A stretch of 63,781 bases of DNA, filler included, from Phoronis australis (lineage: Eukaryota; Animalia; Phoronida): assembly GCA_002633005.1 (NCBI GenBank). It is 4 parts of 4 records of this genome, joined end to end, with 100 filler letters (N's around TTAATTAATTAA, not from the genome) between each part and the next. Parts side by side here need not be neighbours in the genome. Positions count along the whole stretch, not along the records: positions 19,691 to 51,273 come from NMRA01000880.1; 3 more parts are not named here. One strand, written 5' to 3'. A model generated the notes under the pieces. It had not been told where the DNA came from. It saw only the letters and a list, made by a program, of their open reading frames with translations, and searched no databases. This document shows positions 38,201 to 51,273 of the stretch, piece by piece. The translations under genes and the position numbers were made by a program. Numbering within the stretch: the stretch's first letter is position 1; each line of letters opens with the position of its first letter.

Positions 38201-41200
38201 CGCCCTGGAATTTCAGCACAATTTTCTGTAAAATGATCGTAATTTAGCAGCAAAGTGTGATAGCAATGCACCACGGTTTTGTAGAAAGTCTTTCATAGAT
38301 TACAGATACGTCACAAAGCGTAAATATAAAGAATCTTAGCTCCCGATTTCACCCGTTTCGGAGACCGGGTTTCAACGGCCTTGGGTTATGATAAGCGCCC
38401 CCCACCCCCCGAAACGAACTTTTCTAAGCGCCCTGGGCGGTTATTACGGCGAATACGGTAAATAACTATACACACCTTAACAAAGGGTTTACGATCCTGG
38501 CTGAGACAAGATTTGTTTGATGACCCCCTGTGGCTAGCTCCCTTATTATTTGAGCGCTTCCAAAAAAACTCAAAAAAGGCCATTTCTACCAAGCCTGTGT
38601 TGTGGCATATAGCATACAAAGGTTACCAAGCCTGTGTTGTGGCATATAGCATACAAAGGTTACCAAGACTGTGTTGTGGCATATAGCATACAAAGGTTAC
38701 CAAGACTGTGTTGTGGCATGTAGCATACAAAGGTTACCAAGCCTGTGTTGTGGCATATAGCATACAAAGGTTACCTGCAGGCTGACAGGTCCCAAACTGT
38801 GAGTGACACATGACTCTACACTTGGGGTGATGTGTTTCACTCTGATTTTAGCACTGTGTTGTGCCAGATTGTAGCGCTCTGATTTCAGGCCCTGCGATTT
38901 TCTCAGTATTGTCTTCATATTCATCCAAGAAGTCTCGTGCCAAAGTGCAACATTTTAAAGTCAATTCCTGACAATATTTTAAAGAACAGTGCATCTGGAG
39001 TGCATAAAGTACTGTACAGTGAGTTTCATTTGAATTTGAGCAGCCATTTCTGAGCCAAATTAAACATTTTTCTGTGGTGCCCGTAGCCTTAAAAAGACGA
39101 CTCTCACTGATTTCAGACAATATAATCTGGATGCAGTTGTACTTCTGTCAACTCACTAACTCAATCAAAAAACAAAATTTAATTCAATTCATAACTCACA
39201 GGTGGCACTGCCTTCATGGTTCCACGTGAGTCTTTCATCAACGTCACAGTGTCAACGCCATTGCCTGCAACCTGAAGACAATCACAAGACAGTAAGAATA
39301 ACATATATCTCGAACTAGTTCTAGGCCCGTGGTCTAATTTTTGTACTCTTAAAATTGAACTCAACATTTTGCATTCTACTATTGTACAAATTCAAAATAC
39401 AGCACACATAGTCGACCGGCTGGCAATATAGCAGCCAACCGCACTGCCTACTCATAAGGCGACCCCCAGCTGACTGGATTGCTGACCGGCTGTCAGCCAA
39501 CCCAATATTAAGCTGGTCAGCTGCTATTTTTAGGCTAGTTAGGTTGCCAGGCTATTGCTGACGAATGTTGGTCTCTGCACTGGATGAAATAAATTAACCT
39601 AGTTTTACGTGCCACTGTCACACGAGTTGACTCAGTTGTGCAACACCACTTATTTGAAGGTTGAAGACGACGAAAACTGAACATTTTGGGATTGTGGACG
39701 ACATGTCAACTAGTTTTGATTAACAAGACGTGAAAGTTTTCTTCACATTTGAATATTTCACATGCATATCTTACCTCTTCAAAATGTAAACGAAAAACGA
39801 AACCTAAAGTAGAGTGACAACTTGTAAAGTAAAGGGATTAAAACCGAAGCAAAATAGACAAACTTATCAACCACGGTAAAAGAAATTCACACCACTGGTA
39901 TACAATGCTGAGGAAAGCGATACAATTTTGTAAATTTTCTGTCTGTCTAATCGTTGCTTGCATTTGACGACCCGAGCATAAACGCAATGAGTTCAAGTCT
40001 GAACTCAAAATTTTACTTCAATCTAAAGGTCATCATGTGCGAACTTTGACTTGTCACTCATAAGCATACTCAAGAATATCTCGAGTTCATAGTTACAAAG
40101 GTCCCACAGAAAATATCTAAAAATAATTCTGAGTTTGATTTCAAGTACAAAAATTAAACCTAATGTGCTGATGGAAATTCACACAAAGCATGCACTGGAA
40201 GAAAGCTGGATGGACATGGCTATCATGGTGATCAGTACCTTTTTTATTTTATATGTTTTTGCATCCTTAGACATTTCACAGCCTTGCAAATCCACAGTTC
40301 CATCATCCATTAGTACTGTTTCAAAGTGTTTGTGTGAAAATCTCAATGGGTCTGTGAGGTGAGGTATCTTGGGACTTAGGTATTCCTCACCAATAATGGT
40401 ACCACCGTCAAACTACAATGAACAAATAATCAGTGATGCAGCGATATCATGTCACGGAAATATCTGATAGTACCCCAGAACATTTAGTGGCACACATCAC
40501 AATTTACCAGACAAAGTATCCAAAAGTCACAGATGTCCATTTTGTCAAAAGCCAATGAAAAGTATTCAGTCAAAATGATTCAGAATTCCTGCATCATGAC
40601 AGCCAGGCAGAAGTATTCAGTCAAAATGATATTCAGAATTCCTGCATCATGACGGCCAGGCAAAAGTATTCAGTCAAAATGATTCAGAATTCCTCCGTCA
40701 TGACGGCCAGGCAGAAGTATTCAGTCAAAATGATTCAGAATTCTTGCGTCATGACGGCCAGGCAGAAGCCGAGTTCATTGTCAGAGTGTCCTCATAGATC
40801 AGTAATCCTTGCTTTTAACAGAATTGGCCGCCAAGGCGGGAAAACTGTATTTTGTCTGCTAACGTTTGCCTGGTAGCATATTTCCACAATTCTAGTCAGT
40901 TTGGGGAACCATACAAAAATACCATTTAGTGGCTCCCAAAGTAGGCCCATGTGCCCATATTCAAAAAATCTCAAACCTAAATCCAACGGTACACATTTCA
41001 AAGGTTGCAAAATGAAGAACAGTATTGATTCAAATTAATTTATCGCAGGAATAAATCAGTTCATTGTCTATGGAATTATTTAGTAATTTCAATCATAAAA
41101 TGACCTCACAAAAAAGCTAGTAGTTGCCTGCAATGCGGAGCATTAAAATGCGCCCACAACTGCACTGCAAAGAGTGTGCTTCTACTGGTGTTTTAAGTAC

Positions 41201-42844
41201 CATAAAAAGAGCCATTAGATGGTGCATAATACATCGAAACTGTCCGAAATTGGAAAGGTGTCATCTCTTTCTTGTACAAACTGTTTGCTAAATTTCATGA
41301 TAATCCGCCAAGGAAATCCAAAGATACAGACTGAGACAGACGTAAAAAAATCCAATTGCCATTAGGTGGCACAGCAGTAATCGAATCCATCCGTCTGTTG
41401 TGACATAGTATAACACTTGCTAAATTGTGACATAGTATAACACTTGCTAAATTGTGACATAGTATAACACTTGCTAAATTGTGACATAGTATAACACTTG
41501 CTAAATTGTGATCTTGCAAGAGGTTTATTACATACAACCGTAGATGCGGAAAAAATGTCTCTAGGGTGCACCACAATTGTTGAACATGTCTGAAAATTCA
41601 CAATAGTCCTTCTGCGATCAGTAAGAACACATCTCCCAGCTGTCACAGAATATGTCAAATCCATCCCAAAATGGAAAGGTGAACAGTTGTCTTTAATAGA
41701 AACTTGTTTGTCGAATTTCATGAAAAAACAAGGAACTCTGAAGGGCACACCAGTAGTCAGAATCGTCTAAAAAGTTGTGGGCAGATATTGTCATATTCAT
41801 AGGAAAACAGCTGCAAAAGTTCACAAAGATCCTGTAGAGCTACAGCCATAGTTGCAAAAAATACAAAATCACCACTAGAGGACGCCACAGTTGCCAGGAC
41901 TGTCAGCCATGGTCTTTTCATCAAGAACTTGTCTGTTACAATTGATAATGATCCTTTGAGCAGTTTGGTGGATAATAGGAGGAAGCTAAAAATTAACTCA
42001 GAAGAAAGTATGGTGCAGAATATGTTGAATCCGTTCAAAAATGGAAAGGCATTGTTGTCTCCTTGAAAGAAACGTGTTTTCCGAACTTAACAAAAAATCC
42101 ATCAATGAACTTCAAAGATACAGTGACAAAGTTAAATAAAATTGCCACTGGAGGGCACAGATGCAGTCTGAATGGTCTGAAATTCGTCGCCATCTGTTAC
42201 CATCTTCGTAGGAGCGCATCAGCCAAATTGCACATAAATTCTTTAAAGGGTTAATGAAATACAGCAGTGTACGCAAAAAAAGCCACTAGGGGTTGCCAGA
42301 GTGGTCAAACCCATTCAAAAATTAGGGTCCGTCTCCAGAATACATCTGCCAAATATTCATAATTATCCTTTGAGCAGTTTGGCAGATAGAGAGGGGGGAC
42401 ATTAGTTGGATCGGTCCAAAATTTGTCGCCTGTCGTCTGCTTGGCACACATCTGCCGAGTCTCATTATGATCTTGCAAGGGCTTTAGGAAATACAGCAGC
42501 GCCACCTTTAGGAAATACAGCTGCAGATGCCCAGACAGAGAGGACAGTAATATGCTTCCACATAAATATGTGGGCACATAAAAATATTCAAGGAGGAATG
42601 TCTGACCATTAAACCATCTATACGACCTTTAGCATACATTGATGTTTTCCATCTAACCGCGCATTAAACAACTAGTATGCTTGAATGCGACAACAAACAT
42701 GAAACAAGTAGAAAGTCTTTTACATAACATGTTCATCTTTACTATTATTGATACAAGACTACCTTACCTTAACATGTATAAGACCTCCAAGTGGAATTCT
42801 TTCCAGCATCCATGTACCGAGCAGATAGCCATGTTTCTTCAACA
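32277..42844 (-). CDS. FBXO31: F-box only protein 31-like, seven 3' exons (F-box exon not found)
   Basis: Exons 42768-42844, 40239-40412, 39200-39271, 36290-36420, 35222-35387, 34078-34361 and 32277-32433 splice in frame. They give LLGTW..PLGGLIHV|FDG..IIG..YL.P..PHLTDPLRF|...QWISEE|...PGLFVGEYSIHGYEI..AIKIT|GDPNIPAG..QPFQVPRG..ICKAR|YHCKGHVAAKGF..PG..FSEDLFGVLW..KSLSLYSR*, collinear with vertebrate FBXO31. Confidence 0.88.
35768..35853. repeat. 24-bp tandem repeat, ~3.5 copies
   Basis: Unit caagtttgggatttacgtcagtta. Confidence 0.8.
37320..38458. mobile_element. Non-autonomous Tc1/mariner (pogo-like) element
   Basis: TA-flanked TIR ta|ccgtattcgccgtaataac ... gttattacggcgaatacgg|ta; no transposase inside. 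Confidence 0.85.
38587..38775. repeat. 37-bp tandem repeat x5
   Basis: Unit ttaccaagcctgtgttgtggcatatagcatacaaagg. Confidence 0.93.
40559..40768. repeat. ~51-bp tandem repeat x4
   Basis: Unit ggccaggcagaagtattcagtcaaaatgattcagaattcctgcatcatgac. Confidence 0.9.
41398..41510. repeat. 27-bp tandem repeat x4
   Basis: Unit ttgtgacatagtataacacttgctaaa. Confidence 0.93.
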
Positions 42845-43320
42845 CTACAAAATACAAAATGCAGAACAAAACATTTATCAATTGAAAGCAAAGAAATCAG
42901 AAGACTATTTAGCTTAAAAAGTAATCAAAGAAACTAACTCATTCGATTCTCGTTTCATGGCACAGTGAACACTCATTGTCAAGAAAATGACAAAAAAATC
43001 AAAGAAACTAAGCAAGAGAAACTGCAGCAGTGGTGGTTTTTTCTGACAAAACATGTGACCTTGCACCATTTAAAGAAAAACACGCTGTGAAAAAGTACAA
43101 CTTGGATATGTTTATTATACTTTTAATCAAAAAACCAACTTTCAGGATATATTCAGTCAGTTAAAAGTACAATCAGGCATACCTTGTTTGTAATAATCAA
43201 TCAAAACAAATGGGCAAAAACATCCAATTCAAATAATGAAATAAGTATTATTAGCAAAAACAACAACAGGCAAAGACCTTCAAGACTTTCTCAGAGTCAC
43301 AGCCACAGCCCAACTATGTG

Positions 43321-43603
43321 TGCCAAGTGTTTCCCCCTAAGGGCACATACCTTTTCCATACACCTCTTTATAAGACTGCAAAGTGTCTCCTCTGTGGACA
43401 GATCTTTACCATTCACCTCTTGATAAGATTGCCAATTGTAATCCCCCTGTAGACACATACCTTTTCCATACATCTCTCTATAAGACTGCCAAGTGTCTCC
43501 CCCTGTGGACACATACCTACACATACACCTTTCTATAAGACTGCCAAGTGTCTCCCCCTGTAGACACATACCTTTTCCATACATCTCTCTATAAGACTGC
43601 CAA
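43321..43603. repeat. Degenerate ~50-57-bp tandem repeat x5
   Basis: Recurring ataagactgccaagtgtctccccctgtagacacataccttttccatacatctctct. Confidence 0.85.
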
Positions 43604-44763
43604 CATTCTTGTAAGTGTGAGGTATCTACATCATATTCTGCAAAACAAATATAATAAATTTAATAGTTAATGCAATTATTAATAGACAAAAAGGAAGGAT
43701 AATGATAAGGGGTCCAACAATACACAAATATAGGAATGGGTGAGGAGGCCTGAGGGGATCTGGACATTAAAACCTTCTCCCATTGAATTACTTTACCAAA
43801 GTTATACAGGTTGATGACACCTGATAATATCTGGCTCCTGCAGAGGGCACTCTTTTGTCTGGTATGACAACAGGCAGGCCAATTATCTACCGTGCTGTGG
43901 TATTGAAACAGTGATATATTCCAACAGAATGGACCCTCTTTAATTTCGGTTGTAGTTGGGTGACTTTGGTGAATAAAAAATTAAACAAGACAAGTATTTG
44001 ACCAGTAATCCAAATTTGTTATTGGTTGATGCTCAAACAGCTTACAGCAACACAGTCCTGGCTTTGACACTTGGTTCAATCCCTATAAGGTCTTATACAG
44101 GGATTGAAGTGTCAAACCCAGAACTGGCCCTGGAGTTTATCAGTCTTGTAAGATACTGGCTACACAGGTCCAATTTGACATTTCGTTGTTTTGATCTCAT
44201 GCTCACGACACACTGTAAAAACCACCAATTTTGTTGTCCATTTTGTGCATGGTGGGTATAACAATGAACTGTTGACCTTCTATTGAGTAGGTCAATAAGT
44301 GATCCCGCCTTTGAACTGGATAGCACATAAATACAAAACATATTTTTATAATCCCCGATTTTTTCTTTCAGAAATATATACTTTAACTAGTTGACACAGC
44401 CTGTTTTTTAGTTAGAATGGAGGCCACTAAATAAGGTTGGAGATGACCTTTAAGGCCTTTACCCACTGGCTCCGAAGCTTCAGTGTTGCCAATTTGCTTC
44501 CGATGATTTGAACACCGACTTTGGTCGTGAATTGAACTTAACTTCAAAGTAAAGAGGTGGATTTAAAAACAAAGCGTTGATGCATCGCTGCAATGGGATG
44601 CTGTTGAAGTTATCGGCAGGGGTCACTGCCTACGTTTGTCAACAGGCGGTGGTGACTCGGTTATTATTTTTTGTTAATATGTTGTTCTAATAATTACTAT
44701 TTTGGCAGTATAAGCATTCTGTCACATGCTTTGCTGCTTATTAGCGACGCTTCACAATAACTT

Positions 44764-46255
44764 AAAGCAACATGACTTTGATGGTTTAATCACTGCGAGG
44801 CATGATTCGCCGAAAGCTTTTGGGAGGGCCTATGGGTTAGCCACCATCTCTACTGTAGCAAGTCGAGACGGTGGCACTGCCTAGAACATGTTGGGCTTTC
44901 TGGTTTTCAATACGTCAATATATTTTCATTTAAAAGTTATCACTAGCTTCTGAAACATAGGTGGATTTAGGGGGGGGGNCAAAAATTTCTCCTAAAATTC
45001 ATTATATCATTGTGCTATGAAAAGCCCATGTCACAAATATAGTGTTTGTGCCATGTACCATTTCTATTTGTAACATGGCACAACTCAAAAAATCTCACAT
45101 GGAACATTCAAATGTCACATGTGAGAATGCAATGTTCCATGTGAGAAATGCCCTTTGTCACATGGAACGTGAGTTTTCAAACGTTAATTACAGCTAATTA
45201 AAAGCTCATTTTGCCAAAGTAAATTTTGAAATGACATCACAACTAAAAAGGCTATCTATTGCACCCACTTTCAATTGAATTGAGTGAAAAAAATTTTTGA
45301 GACTTTGTGAAAATCTCATATTATTTTGGAATGCGTTCTAAGTGAATCACTCAGAAACTCATAATTCTCTCTTTGTCAAACCTTAACTTAAGACGATTTC
45401 CAAAGCAATCGCGTCATTATTGCCAACATAAAAAACGGATTTGGTCTTTTGCGCAATTGAAGACTATTTTAAATACAACAAATTTGTTACGAACTGATTG
45501 CGCAAAATATAAAACATGTAATAAGCATTACAAAAAGAAGGTTTTGCGCACAAACGTTGTGGACCATAAACAAGTAGGTCTCTTAGTATCAAATTAGGAG
45601 CTAAATCATGGTGGTGCATTCGTAAAGCTCGTACGCTCTATCCGCCAGGTCGTGAGTTCGAGTCTATGGCACTTGCAGCTTTTCCTGTTTCACACTTTCT
45701 CCATTTTCTTTTGCCTTTTTTTCTTGCATAATACTTCGGGAATCAAAGAAAATGCTTGATTTTAGAGGAAAAAAACAGAAAAAGTTCCTGGGTGGGAGGG
45801 GGGCAAACCCCCCTCAAGACCTCCCCCCATTCGGTGCTATGCGCATCTACAATAACTACAATAACGTGCTTTGAGCAAATGTTTACAGACAAAATGTTGC
45901 CCCCCCGTTGTGATATCCTAGATCCGCCACTGTGAAAGCATTGGTAGACAATCTCCTAGCCTTGTGTTTTGACGTTCACGGTTCAGTTATAGTTATTTAA
46001 ACAAGTTACATTGTATACATTTTTAGCACAGGCACTCTTACTGACGTTTTAATATAATCTCCTTAATATAGTATTAGCATATTAAGTGACTGTCACAAGT
46101 GTACCTGTGACAGTAAGCTAGCTGGCAAAACACTTGGCATGCATGTTAGACACTGACCACCATCTCTAGCTGGCTCAGTAAAGACAGTGAAGCTCCTAAA
46201 GGAAGCTTTTCGGCAAATTATGCCTCACACTGATTAAAAAATCAAAGTCACGTTG
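44764..46255. mobile_element. Nested non-autonomous DNA elements: outer inverted-repeat element containing an hAT-like MITE (about 44956-45932)
   Basis: Outer arms 44764-44820 and 46203-46255 are inverted. The inner element has ends ..ggtggatttagggggg and ..tagatccgccactg, the same end type seen at 19761-19775 and 57558-57769. Confidence 0.6.
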
Positions 46256-46599
46256 TTATCAGTACCTTCTGCCCATACAGAGACACCTCAGGAGGCCGCC
46301 GTTGATGTCTTTTATTCCTTCTAACTCAAAACAAATACTCCCATTATCATTCAACTACTTTATGAGCAGTCCTTCGTTCAATTTCCAAAATCAGAAACTG
46401 GCTATTTTTTACACTGCGCACGGCAGGTGGTATGACATCATATCCCCTGCCAGGGCCTGGCGTGCACTGTGTAAAAATGGCCAGTTGTCAATTTTAGGAA
46501 CTGAACGAGTTACTGCTCTAGGAGCTGCTCTCTAACTAGTTGGCGGATGAAATATTTATCTATTGAAGTATTCGAAAATGTTCATATTATTGGACCCTG

Positions 46600-47050
46600 T
46601 CCTTTGTCAGGAAAGCTTGAATTTAGAGAGTCTGGATACGGTCTCATAGGTGAAAACTGTCTCTATGTGAAACGCTTTAATACGATGACTTACGGATGTA
46701 ACTCAATCTCCCATAAAGGAACTTTGCTGTGGAACTCATTGCCATCAGTAATGAGACATTGTACTGCCTTAAATGAATTTGCCACTCTTGCTCATGATAT
46801 TTTCTCTGAGATCTGCTCTTGTGAAAACTGATATGGATGCCTACACGCTCCATAACATGTATGTTTACTTTTGTATTTACATTTATGTTTAAGTTTTGTA
46901 TATTCTCCATGCTGTAGAATTAGCTAGTATTTTAGTTCTGTATCTTGATTTCGTAGATTTTAAATTTGTCGGATAATAGCACTTGTGCTAACGTTTCATT
47001 GATAAATCTCACCGACTTTTAAATAAAGAATATTACTACTATATTACTAC
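46600..47050 (+). mobile_element. 3' end of a CR1/L2-group LINE
   Basis: RFNTMTYG.NSISHKGTLLWNSLP...LNEF..CSC is a typical ORF2 C-terminus. It is followed by a 3'UTR, AATAAA and a (TAC/TAT)-like tail. Confidence 0.7.
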
Positions 47051-47053
47051 TAA

Positions 47054-50005
47054 AGTAAGTAAGTAAGTAAGTAAGTAATTTTTTATTATAGTGACATGTG
47101 ATTCAAATGAATTTAAACAATGAATACATTACAAAGACTAGGAACACGCAGCCCTCCACGGGGCTTATAAGTCACTTTAGATACATGATACAAAAAAGAA
47201 AAGACAAGTGTACGCGCATTGCAAGAGGACCAGAAAGAGAAGGCCGAGATAAAAGTGATCAAAAATATAATTTTTCCTTACTTCAAAAATATTTTTGATG
47301 AAAACTGAAGTTTTCCTAATAACATCTTTTTGCATGATTGTGATTAATTTACTTTCACAGCTTTCTGCACGGAAACGTGGATATTTAATCTCAACTTGAT
47401 AGTAAAAGGTGCTTCTGGCATCTAAGAATAACGGACACTCAAACAGAAAATGTAGTTCAGTTTCGACCTGACCAGTGTGACAAAGACAGCAAATTCTGTC
47501 ATCAAAATCTAGAGAACGAAAACGCCCAACCTCAACCAATAGCTGTAGGGTTCCGGTTCTAATTTGAGCAAGAATTGACCTACTAGACCGATTTAAGTCT
47601 AAATGCACGTAAGGCTCAACTTCAAAGACATTCTTCATCAAAACATAGGTTCTTAACTTTGGTTTCGAACGGCTTTCAAACAACCACCTATTACATGCTA
47701 AATCATGCAAAATATTCTTACAGTGAGACAGATTAACTGAACATAAGTCATGAAAACAATCCGAAATCCTTGATTCTTCAAAAATGCTCAAGACTTCAGA
47801 CGACCAATTATTAGTACAAGTAGTGTAGTCCCACCAAAATATTCGGTATGTTAGTCTATCATCCTTGAAATTAATAATACGATTCCACATTCTCAAAAGC
47901 TCAATTTTCCGCCTAACACTGGGGAATTCCCACCCCATGTCACCCATAACAGCATGATTAGGAGCGAATTTGTGAACGCCCAAGAAAAATCGCGCTGCTC
48001 TATTCTGAATGACATCATAATCCTGTAGACTAGAGCCGCCCCAGACACCTACGCAATAATCTCTAACAGGCACAACACAAGCACTGAATAATGTAGTGAA
48101 CGTTCTGTACCTCATATTTTTATTCCTTTTAAATTTATTAATTAAAGCGCCCAAAGCTCTTCCGGCAGATTCGGATAGAGTTTTAGCAGTTTCAGAAAAC
48201 TTCAAATGTTCATTTATAATTATTCCTAAATNGGGAATTCCCACCCCATGTCACCCATAACAGCATGTGAACGCCTAAGAAAAATCGTGCGGCTCTATTC
48301 TGAATGACATCATAATGCTGTAGACTAGAGCCGCCCCAGACACCTATACAATAATCTCTAACAGGCAAACACAAGCATTGAATAATGTAGTGAACGTTCT
48401 GTACCTCATATTTTTATTCTTTTTAAATTTATTAATTAAAGCGCCCAAAGCTCTTACGGCAGATTCGGATAGAGTTTTAGCAGTTTTAGAAAACTTCAAA
48501 TGTTCATTTATAATTATTCCTAAATATTTATATTTGGGTACATATTCTAGGTCTAGTCGACCCAACCGAAATGGATATAAACTACGCGAGACATGCTTGG
48601 ATCTGAAGTGAATAACATTAGTTTTTTCCTGATTGACAATTAGACTCCATTTAGAGCACCATTTATCAACTATATTCAATAAACCCTGTAAATTTTCTTC
48701 GCTCTCGGCAAGTACCACTATATCATCAGCATAAAACAAAGATGAAACATTATCAGCACTGATAGGAATTCCTAAATTCGACTGTTTTAATTCCTTTGCC
48801 AAATCATTTATAAATAGTGCAAAAAGAGTAGGTGATAAAACATCTCCCTGTTTGACCCCACAAGATGTATAAAACCAGTCCGTAAAGGTATTATTAATCT
48901 TAACACAGGATTGAGTTTTGGCATAAATATTTTTAACTGATTCATAAAATTTTCCAACTATCATAAGATCCAACATTTTAAAAAGTAAACTATTTCTATA
49001 TACCCAGTCAAAAGCTTTTTGCATATCAATAAAAGTTGCAAATGTGGATTGTTTGTTATTCAAGCGATTATGTATAATCGAAGTCAAAACAAAGACGTGA
49101 TCAACACATGCTCTGTCACGACGAAAGCCATTTTGCTCATCAACAAGGAGCCCGTTTTCTTCCGCGTACTCAACCAGTCTATTGTTCAATACACTACTAT
49201 ACAACTTGTATATGTTAGACAACAAGCTGATACCTCAATAACTCAGCGGGACGCGCGGGTCCTTCTCTGACCCCTTTGGGATAGGCATAATAACGGATTT
49301 AGCCCATAAACTAGGAACCATAGCGTAACTAAAAACCATTTGGAACAAGTCAAAAGGTCAATAGCGTTATCATTTTTACACACTTCATAACAAATATGAT
49401 CAATTCCTACTGCTTTATTGTATTTAGATTTCATCACTACCCGCTTTACTTCATCGCGAGTAATATTTTTATTCAATATACTATTTTCATCAAAATCAAG
49501 ATTATTAAACGACTCAAGATGAGCTTTTTTGAGAAGCATATCAGCATAAAATCCCCGGTCAAACTCATTTACAGTTGGACCATTGTATAACGATTCATAC
49601 TCGTTCTTCCATTTATTAAAAACATATTGGTTATTGGTATTAGGGTTTCCAGTGTCATCGTATACCTCCATGGGTATCGTCTTTCTAAAAGAGGGGCCCA
49701 AGTTCTTCATGTACTTCCAAAATTCTGTTGGGTTACTGAAATTTAAAGATTCTATGAGGTCAGCTGATCTCTCAAAAATTTTCTTTCGATCCTCCTGTGG
49801 ACTTTATCAAATAGAACCTGGGCATTTTGAAATTGGCGTCTCAGTAAAGAGCGTTCTTTTCGAGAGCAGCTGCATTTCAAAAATTTTTTTCCTTTAAACT
49901 TACATCTTTCCAAAGCTCAGACAATTCAGCACACCAATAGGGTTTGCTTGATTTAAATCTCCTTTTCACCTTCTTTGAGTTAGAACAAAATAATTTTCTG
50001 TCCAT
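47054..50005 (-). mobile_element. 5'-truncated non-LTR retrotransposon (RTE-X-like), RT plus C-terminal CCHC, frameshifted
   Basis: ORFs 49243-49710, 48344-49225 (EQNGFR, FIDMQKAFD, GVKQGDVLSP, YADD, YKYLG) and 47177-48244 (KPKLRTY, RICCLC..VETELHFLFECP). AATAAA and a (TTAC)n tail lie at 47054-47087. Confidence 0.93.
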
Positions 50006-50053
50006 CTAATCAAATAAGTGACTATTGTCCAACAGACAAGAGTAAGAGCAGAC

Positions 50054-50190
50054 CTGGGCTACATCCTCCTGGCTCTCTTTACTGAAGTGAGCCGTACCCA
50101 CGAGGTAAACCTTGCACCCATTCTCAGTCTCCAATTTTGTTGTTGTTGCCTCTGGCAGAACAGGGTTAGAGTCTCGCCTCATAAACTGGC
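50054..50190 (-). CDS. TRABD: Single internal exon of a TraB domain-containing protein
   Basis: AG/GT-bounded exon encoding NPVLPEATTTKLETENGCKVYLVGTAHFSKESQEDVAQ, which includes the TraB N-terminal VYLVGTAHFS motif. Confidence 0.85.
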
Positions 50191-51273
50191 CTGCAAATAA
50201 TTCACAGCTTAGAATAAAGCTCACCGCGAGTAATTATCATATTACAGTAAACATTCTCCAATTTGGGACAGTCTCTAACATTTGGGACATTGAAATTCAG
50301 GCCACAGTTGAATTTTCTTGATTCTAAAGATTGAGACATGGGTAATTCTGGCCTTCATTATATTGCTTATGAATATCAAAGACTGTCTCAAGTATCAAGA
50401 TTCTATAAATAAAATCGTGGAAAATAACAGCAATCACAACGTTTACATGCATCCCCATAGAGTGTAACATCAAAGTGAATGATCGTGCTGTTGATCATAA
50501 TTCTTGAATTTGGGACGCTCATTGACGCCAATTACCAGTGCTATACCATATGTGAAAAGTTTTGAGTCATGCTTGGAAATCCTGAGCTACAGCTATGTTT
50601 GATAAGCTCCATAGCCATGTGTAAAATATTGAGCCATGGTTGCAAATTCTTAGCTCTTTCTGCTAAATGCAAATAATTGCATCCTGGCACTTATTTTTAT
50701 TATTTTCTTGTAAAAATGAAAGTGACAGGCTCAGCTGGTGAAAACATTGATTATTAAGTAAACACCAACAGCAGTCCCGCATTATGAGAACCAGTTTTCT
50801 CCACTGAAGAACAGGAATCAAATTGGCTCCCAAATTCCGAGTGACAATTACTAGACATTTCGTATTGTCATAATAACGTCCCTGTACCTGGATAAAGCAC
50901 GTTGTCACTGTTGTCCTCAATATCAGACTCCTCACCGCTGAGAGAACGAAACTCACCTGAAACCATCGACAATACAAGAATATAACATCGTGGGCTCTAT
51001 ACGCAGACAAAGACAGAACAAATGTTGATGCAGTTATCATACTGTAGCAACACTTGGGAAACTATTTGAAAATGACACGACTCGCACTGACCATCTGCAT
51101 AAGATTTGACACAACTGCCATATTTTTTTGTTAGCAGGCATGGCAGTACTCAATGAGAGGGACACAGTACAAGGGTTAGCAGAGGATCCAGAACAGTTTC
51201 AGAACCAGGGGGCAACAGAAATCTGACTTGAAACTCGTCACCTCACGGAATATGGTTTACATCTGGCATGGAC

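Noticed and set aside
38848-39146. Cys-rich ORF just downstream of an FBXO31 exon as an alternative terminal exon
   Set aside because: No recognisable homology, and the exon at 36290-36420 gives the collinear FBXO31 continuation.
43797-43837. Possible extra FBXO31 exon (SQILSGVINLYNF)
   Set aside because: Phase-compatible but too short and too weakly similar to call without transcript data.
47921-48525. Tandem duplication of ~300 bp within the LINE
   Set aside because: The junction is exactly at a single n (48232); most likely overlapping contig ends from two haplotypes or copies.
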